From positions 18,458-82,457 of the IMG/VR virus record IMGVR_UViG_3300027302_000005: a DNA stretch of 64,000 bases; one strand, written 5' to 3'. Under the pieces are notes generated by a model that was not told where the DNA came from, searched no databases, and saw only the letters and a program-made list of their open reading frames with translations. Origin of the DNA: a virus. The position numbers and the translations under genes are program-made. Below are positions 60,658 to 64,000 of the stretch, in pieces; the stretch's first letter is position 1; each line of letters starts with the position of its first letter.

Positions 60658-61135
60658 ACAAAATCTATGCCAATCATTGATTCATAACGAAAAAGAATTG
60701 TAATCCTTCCGTTGGTTATTTTATAACCTATATCTTAAACAATTGATTGACTTATATTCCCTGTCACCACAATAACAAAAATCTATTAATCGGTCGCATT
60801 CCATAGAATAATTTCATACCTTGATCGACAACAAACCAAACCCAATTGGCACGAAATTAGCGTATAAAAGCTTAGCCTTTTTGGCACGTTATTTGCAGGA
60901 TAAACTCGGTAATTGTAAACAATTGTTAAAATCAAAAAGCATACCAATACAAACGTATATTAATGTCCTATTTCCACATAAAACAAGAAAACCAAGGGAA
61001 AGGGAAAAACGAACAGGCTCAGGAATGGCCCTAGAAGGCGATTCTAGGCGGGGAGAGGGGGAGACGTATAAAGGTACTCCCCACTAGCCGATCGTCGATT
61101 TTATGCGATTTTGCCTAGTTGGCATGGTATTTGCT
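60658..61135. promoter_or_regulatory. sigma54-like motif cluster A
   Basis: TTGGCATAGATTTTGT (-, 60658), TTGGCACGAAATTAGC (60846), TTGGCACGTTATTTGCA (60881), TTGGCATGGTATTTGCT (61119). Confidence 0.6.
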
Positions 61136-61191
61136 AGGGGAGAGAACTACAGCGTGGAATGTGACAGTAGACAATGTAAAATCAGGATATG

Positions 61192-61213
61192 AAAAAGCCC
61201 CGTAAAGGGGCTT
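61192..61213 (-). terminator. intrinsic terminator of leftward gene block
   Basis: AGCCCC-TTTAC-GGGGCT followed by TTTT on minus strand. Confidence 0.75.
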
Positions 61214-61238
61214 GTTGGGGCTTTTAAGCGGTATTCTG

Positions 61239-61691
61239 CTATACGCTCTCCTCTCTCTTAAACATCAATCGTACTGCCTCAGTGTTAGCGCGCATTCCTG
61301 AAACATCACACAAGCCGAATTCATTCTCTCCCCCTTCGACAATCGCCCAATGCCCGCCAGTAAAGGGGAGTGATTCAAGGAAGTCATTCAATTCTCGTTC
61401 TTCCTGTTCTTCTAACCCGCTCCAATCGTCGTTAATCATAGCGGACAAGTAATGCTCTGATATTTCATATTCATACCAGTCCCAACCGGACAACAATAAA
61501 ACCTCCTCGTTATCGACACTTTCCAGCGTCTCTCCCGTATCGTCGTCGATTAATTCCAATGATTCAGCGCGATTGTTTTTCCCTTGCTTAATGACTGTAT
61601 ACCAGTCATTAAAGTCTTTTCGCGCCTCCTGTTCACATTCAAAAGTGAACGTCCCTACATTTCCCACAACAAGAATAAAGCCCATAATCAA
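61239..61691 (-). CDS. acidic hypothetical protein
   Basis: AMINDDWSGL...FGLCDVSG; AGGGG RBS. Confidence 0.7.
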   Translation of the reverse strand: MIMGFILVVGNVGTFTFECEQEARKDFNDWYTVIKQGKNNRAESLELIDDDTGETLESVDNEEVLLLSGWDWYEYEISEHYLSAMINDDWSGLEEQEERELNDFLESLPFTGGHWAIVEGGENEFGLCDVSGMRANTEAVRLMFKREESV

Positions 61692-61815
61692 TTCCCCTTT
61701 TTCAGTTTTAGATACCGTTTCCCATCCTTCGACGCAATAACCGGCTTTTGTTGCGTCTCTTGCAAAGCTTGCATTAAAAGCAGGGTTTGCGCCTTGTCGG
61801 CTTTAGATTGTGACA

Positions 61816-62166
61816 TTATACAATCCCCCTGCCGACAATAACTGTCTCATAATTATCATCCGCCCATTTAATAACAATACCTGAAAAGAATGTCTCTGTG
61901 AGAATACCATCCCATTTTATTAATGGGTCTAATTCATCAATCAAGCAATGACCAAAAGGGATATGCGGTTCGCTAGGCTTTTCAATCCTGACAAAATCGC
62001 CAAGATAATATACCTCCCCTTTATATCTCAGGAATTGCGCCATTTGCATATCATCGGAGCCATATTCTCCGAGATAATCAAAATCCTGATATTCCTGTTC
62101 TGTGAGGTTAAATCCGTAAATCAGTTCACGGGGTTTGTTGTTTGTTGTGATTTGCATGTTATTCAC
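61816..62166 (-). CDS. hypothetical protein
   Basis: FLRYKGEVYYLGDFVR...WDG...TFFSG. Confidence 0.75.
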   Translation of the reverse strand: MNNMQITTNNKPRELIYGFNLTEQEYQDFDYLGEYGSDDMQMAQFLRYKGEVYYLGDFVRIEKPSEPHIPFGHCLIDELDPLIKWDGILTETFFSGIVIKWADDNYETVIVGRGIV

Positions 62167-62169
62167 CCC

Positions 62170-62427
62170 TCAAAAATTAACAGGAACAAAGCGCGACAAT
62201 TCAGCATCACTCATATATTCCGTAGATTGAAAATCAAGCGCGCTTAATAGTGTTTCAGAATGCCAAACACCATCATACTGTTTGCGATAGCCTATCCCAG
62301 TATGACGCGCCATAACACAGGCCGCGCCACGTTCTGTTGTGGCCATTACAGCAAAGCGGGAAACATTGCCGTAATTCAATTCACCACAAAACATATCCGT
62401 CAGGATAATATAATAAACCTGTTTCAT
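62170..62427 (-). CDS. hypothetical protein
   Basis: MKQVYY after GGGAG; TDMFCGELNY. Confidence 0.65.
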   Translation of the reverse strand: MKQVYYIILTDMFCGELNYGNVSRFAVMATTERGAACVMARHTGIGYRKQYDGVWHSETLLSALDFQSTEYMSDAELSRFVPVNF

Positions 62428-62428
62428 G

Positions 62429-62677
62429 TTAATACACTCCCAAAAGCTTTGCTTTTGTTGTCGGGGAAAGGATAACGCCAAGCTTTACTAATTCATGCGC
62501 CACCACTTGTGCCACTTGCAGATAGTCGGCATTTGCAGTCTGTTTATAGGCTTGCAAAAGCCTGCCCATACGCAAGATTTTAGCCTGCTTTGTCTCTGAA
62601 ACATTTAAATCTATCCGCCCATTAAGGAAAGGCAGGATAACGCATGCCGAGGATACAACGAGAATATAAATCAGCAT
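62429..62677 (-). CDS. hypothetical membrane-anchored protein
   Basis: Hydrophobic N-terminus, AGGGGG RBS. Confidence 0.6.
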   Translation of the reverse strand: MLIYILVVSSACVILPFLNGRIDLNVSETKQAKILRMGRLLQAYKQTANADYLQVAQVVAHELVKLGVILSPTTKAKLLGVY

Positions 62678-63036
62678 TTTATAATGCCCCCTTGTCTGTT
62701 GTCTGAATACATTCTAAAACACTTGATTAAATGCCCTAGGATGTATGCCCTATAAACTAGGGCATAGACATTTTATAAAGGAATAATAATAAATCTTATC
62801 CCTTTGCCGTATTTCTTAGTTAATAGTCTTTTCCAACCATTAACACTTGAAGAATGGCAAGAGATAACTGCTACTTGCTCCACTCCCACCATTGCATAAA
62901 GCTTGGTGTCACTCATAATCAACACTCCCGAACACTGCAAAGTAAATCAGAATCAAAGCACAAGCACAGACAAACGGCTGACCAGTGAAAAAGCCAAACC
63001 AGAAACCAGCTAATGCAATCAACCCGCCAAACATGT

Positions 63037-63381
63037 TTATTTCTCCCCTACAATGTAAACAGGTTTCAAATCACACAGGGCGCACATATAGGCGTTGTCT
63101 GTGCAATCACATACTACCTCACCACCATCTGACGCATTACCGTAAAGAAAAGTAATGCCGCCAAGAAAGTTATTAGCCTTATCCCGCACCCAAAACATGT
63201 CGCTCCCTGTTGTGGCCATTGCACCAAGGATACACTCCATATCGCTAGACTTTTTAACCGTAAAGCATTCACCGTCGTAAACGCTTATAGTGTGGCCATT
63301 GGCTAAGATTGTTTCGACAATCTTAGAGATAATGGCGAATTCGCCATAAGTCATGTATTCAGGCTTTTTCATTTTGTCCAC
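63037..63381 (-). CDS. hypothetical protein
   Basis: GHTISVYDGE...LYGN....VVCD. Confidence 0.7.
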   Translation of the reverse strand: MDKMKKPEYMTYGEFAIISKIVETILANGHTISVYDGECFTVKKSSDMECILGAMATTGSDMFWVRDKANNFLGGITFLYGNASDGGEVVCDCTDNAYMCALCDLKPVYIVGEK

Positions 63382-63760
63382 TCCTAGCCTTGTCGGCTTG
63401 TTTGCTTGGTATGTGAATACTTTAGCATGTTTTTAGTCTTATGCTCACCAGTGCGTGACTGTTTTGTATCTGGATTGTAAACGTCTTTTCTGTCCCTCTC
63501 CTTATATAGCATTCACCATATTACACAATAGACACAAAGCAAGCCTATCAGTGTACAAGTGTTCACCCAGGCACTCTCTGTCTATATATGCCTGTTGTCT
63601 GTATCGTCTGACCATGCAAAGCAATTGACGGACAATGGCAAAAGCTAATTGCTGTACACTTGTCTGATAATTGATACTGGCAAGGGTATGCGGAAAATGT
63701 GGGGATACCCTCTAAGGTATAGGCATTTTCATACTGATACCCCTATGGGTATACCTCCCG

Positions 63761-63943
63761 ACAAAAATCATGCCAACTTTGGCGTGAAAAGTAAAAAGCC
63801 GTGATCTATATTTTTATGGGCCAAGGTACTACCAAAAGGCAAACGCGCCTTAAAACGGCTTGTAGAGCGTTTTGGATGGTTTTAACATCTTGCGCCATTT
63901 TACTTGTTGGCACAGGGCTTGCATTAGACAAGAATCATGCCAA
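63761..63943. promoter_or_regulatory. sigma54-like motif cluster B
   Basis: TTGGCATGATTTTTGT (-, 63761), TTGGCACAGGGCTTGCA (+, 63907), TTGGCATGATTCTTGT (-, 63928). Confidence 0.6.
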
Positions 63944-64000
63944 GTCTGACGCAGTTTTGTAACAAATGCAATTGAGAATGTTTCGCGCTAGCACATTAGG

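Noticed and set aside
60234-61087. ORFs 60234-60455, 60291-60635 and 60821-61087
   Set aside because: Poor starts, overlap with repeats and regulatory motifs, no protein-like features
1-64000. Stop-codon reassignment
   Set aside because: Genes tile densely in the standard code, and TAA, TAG and TGA all end genes

Overview
This is a 64 kb slice of a lytic dsDNA myovirus genome, with a Felix O1/rV5/PAK_P1-like gene layout (host probably a Gram-negative proteobacterium, inferred from spanins and a GH19 endolysin). 1-12.7 kb (+) holds DNA/nucleotide metabolism genes: exonucleases, MazG-like protein, thyX and nrdAB. 12.7-43.6 kb (-) holds lysis, tail fibre, baseplate, tail, head and packaging genes, putative head fibres, an ncRNA/tRNA locus and spanins. 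44-60 kb (+) holds a helicase-like gene, many small ORFs, dCMP deaminase, a DenV-like gene, a CmoA-like gene plus a C5-cytosine transferase, PhoH, a ClpP-like gene and HNH genes. 60.1-64 kb is a distinct, probably terminal/early region. Main observations: (1) a translationally coupled CmoA-like (carboxy-SAM synthase) and C5-MTase pair whose motif X reads GRSV instead of GNSV, predicting DNA 5-carboxymethylcytosine; (2) a tRNA gene split in its anticodon by a 415-nt insert that is almost only an HNH ORF, with no ribozyme core; (3) an ORF-less group I intron inside the terL Walker A motif; (4) a BTLCP/LapG-like protease apparently split into a catalytic ORF and an overlapping lipoprotein; (5) a cluster of sigma54-like -24/-12 motifs in the putative terminal region. 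All assignments were made by eye; no database searches were run.
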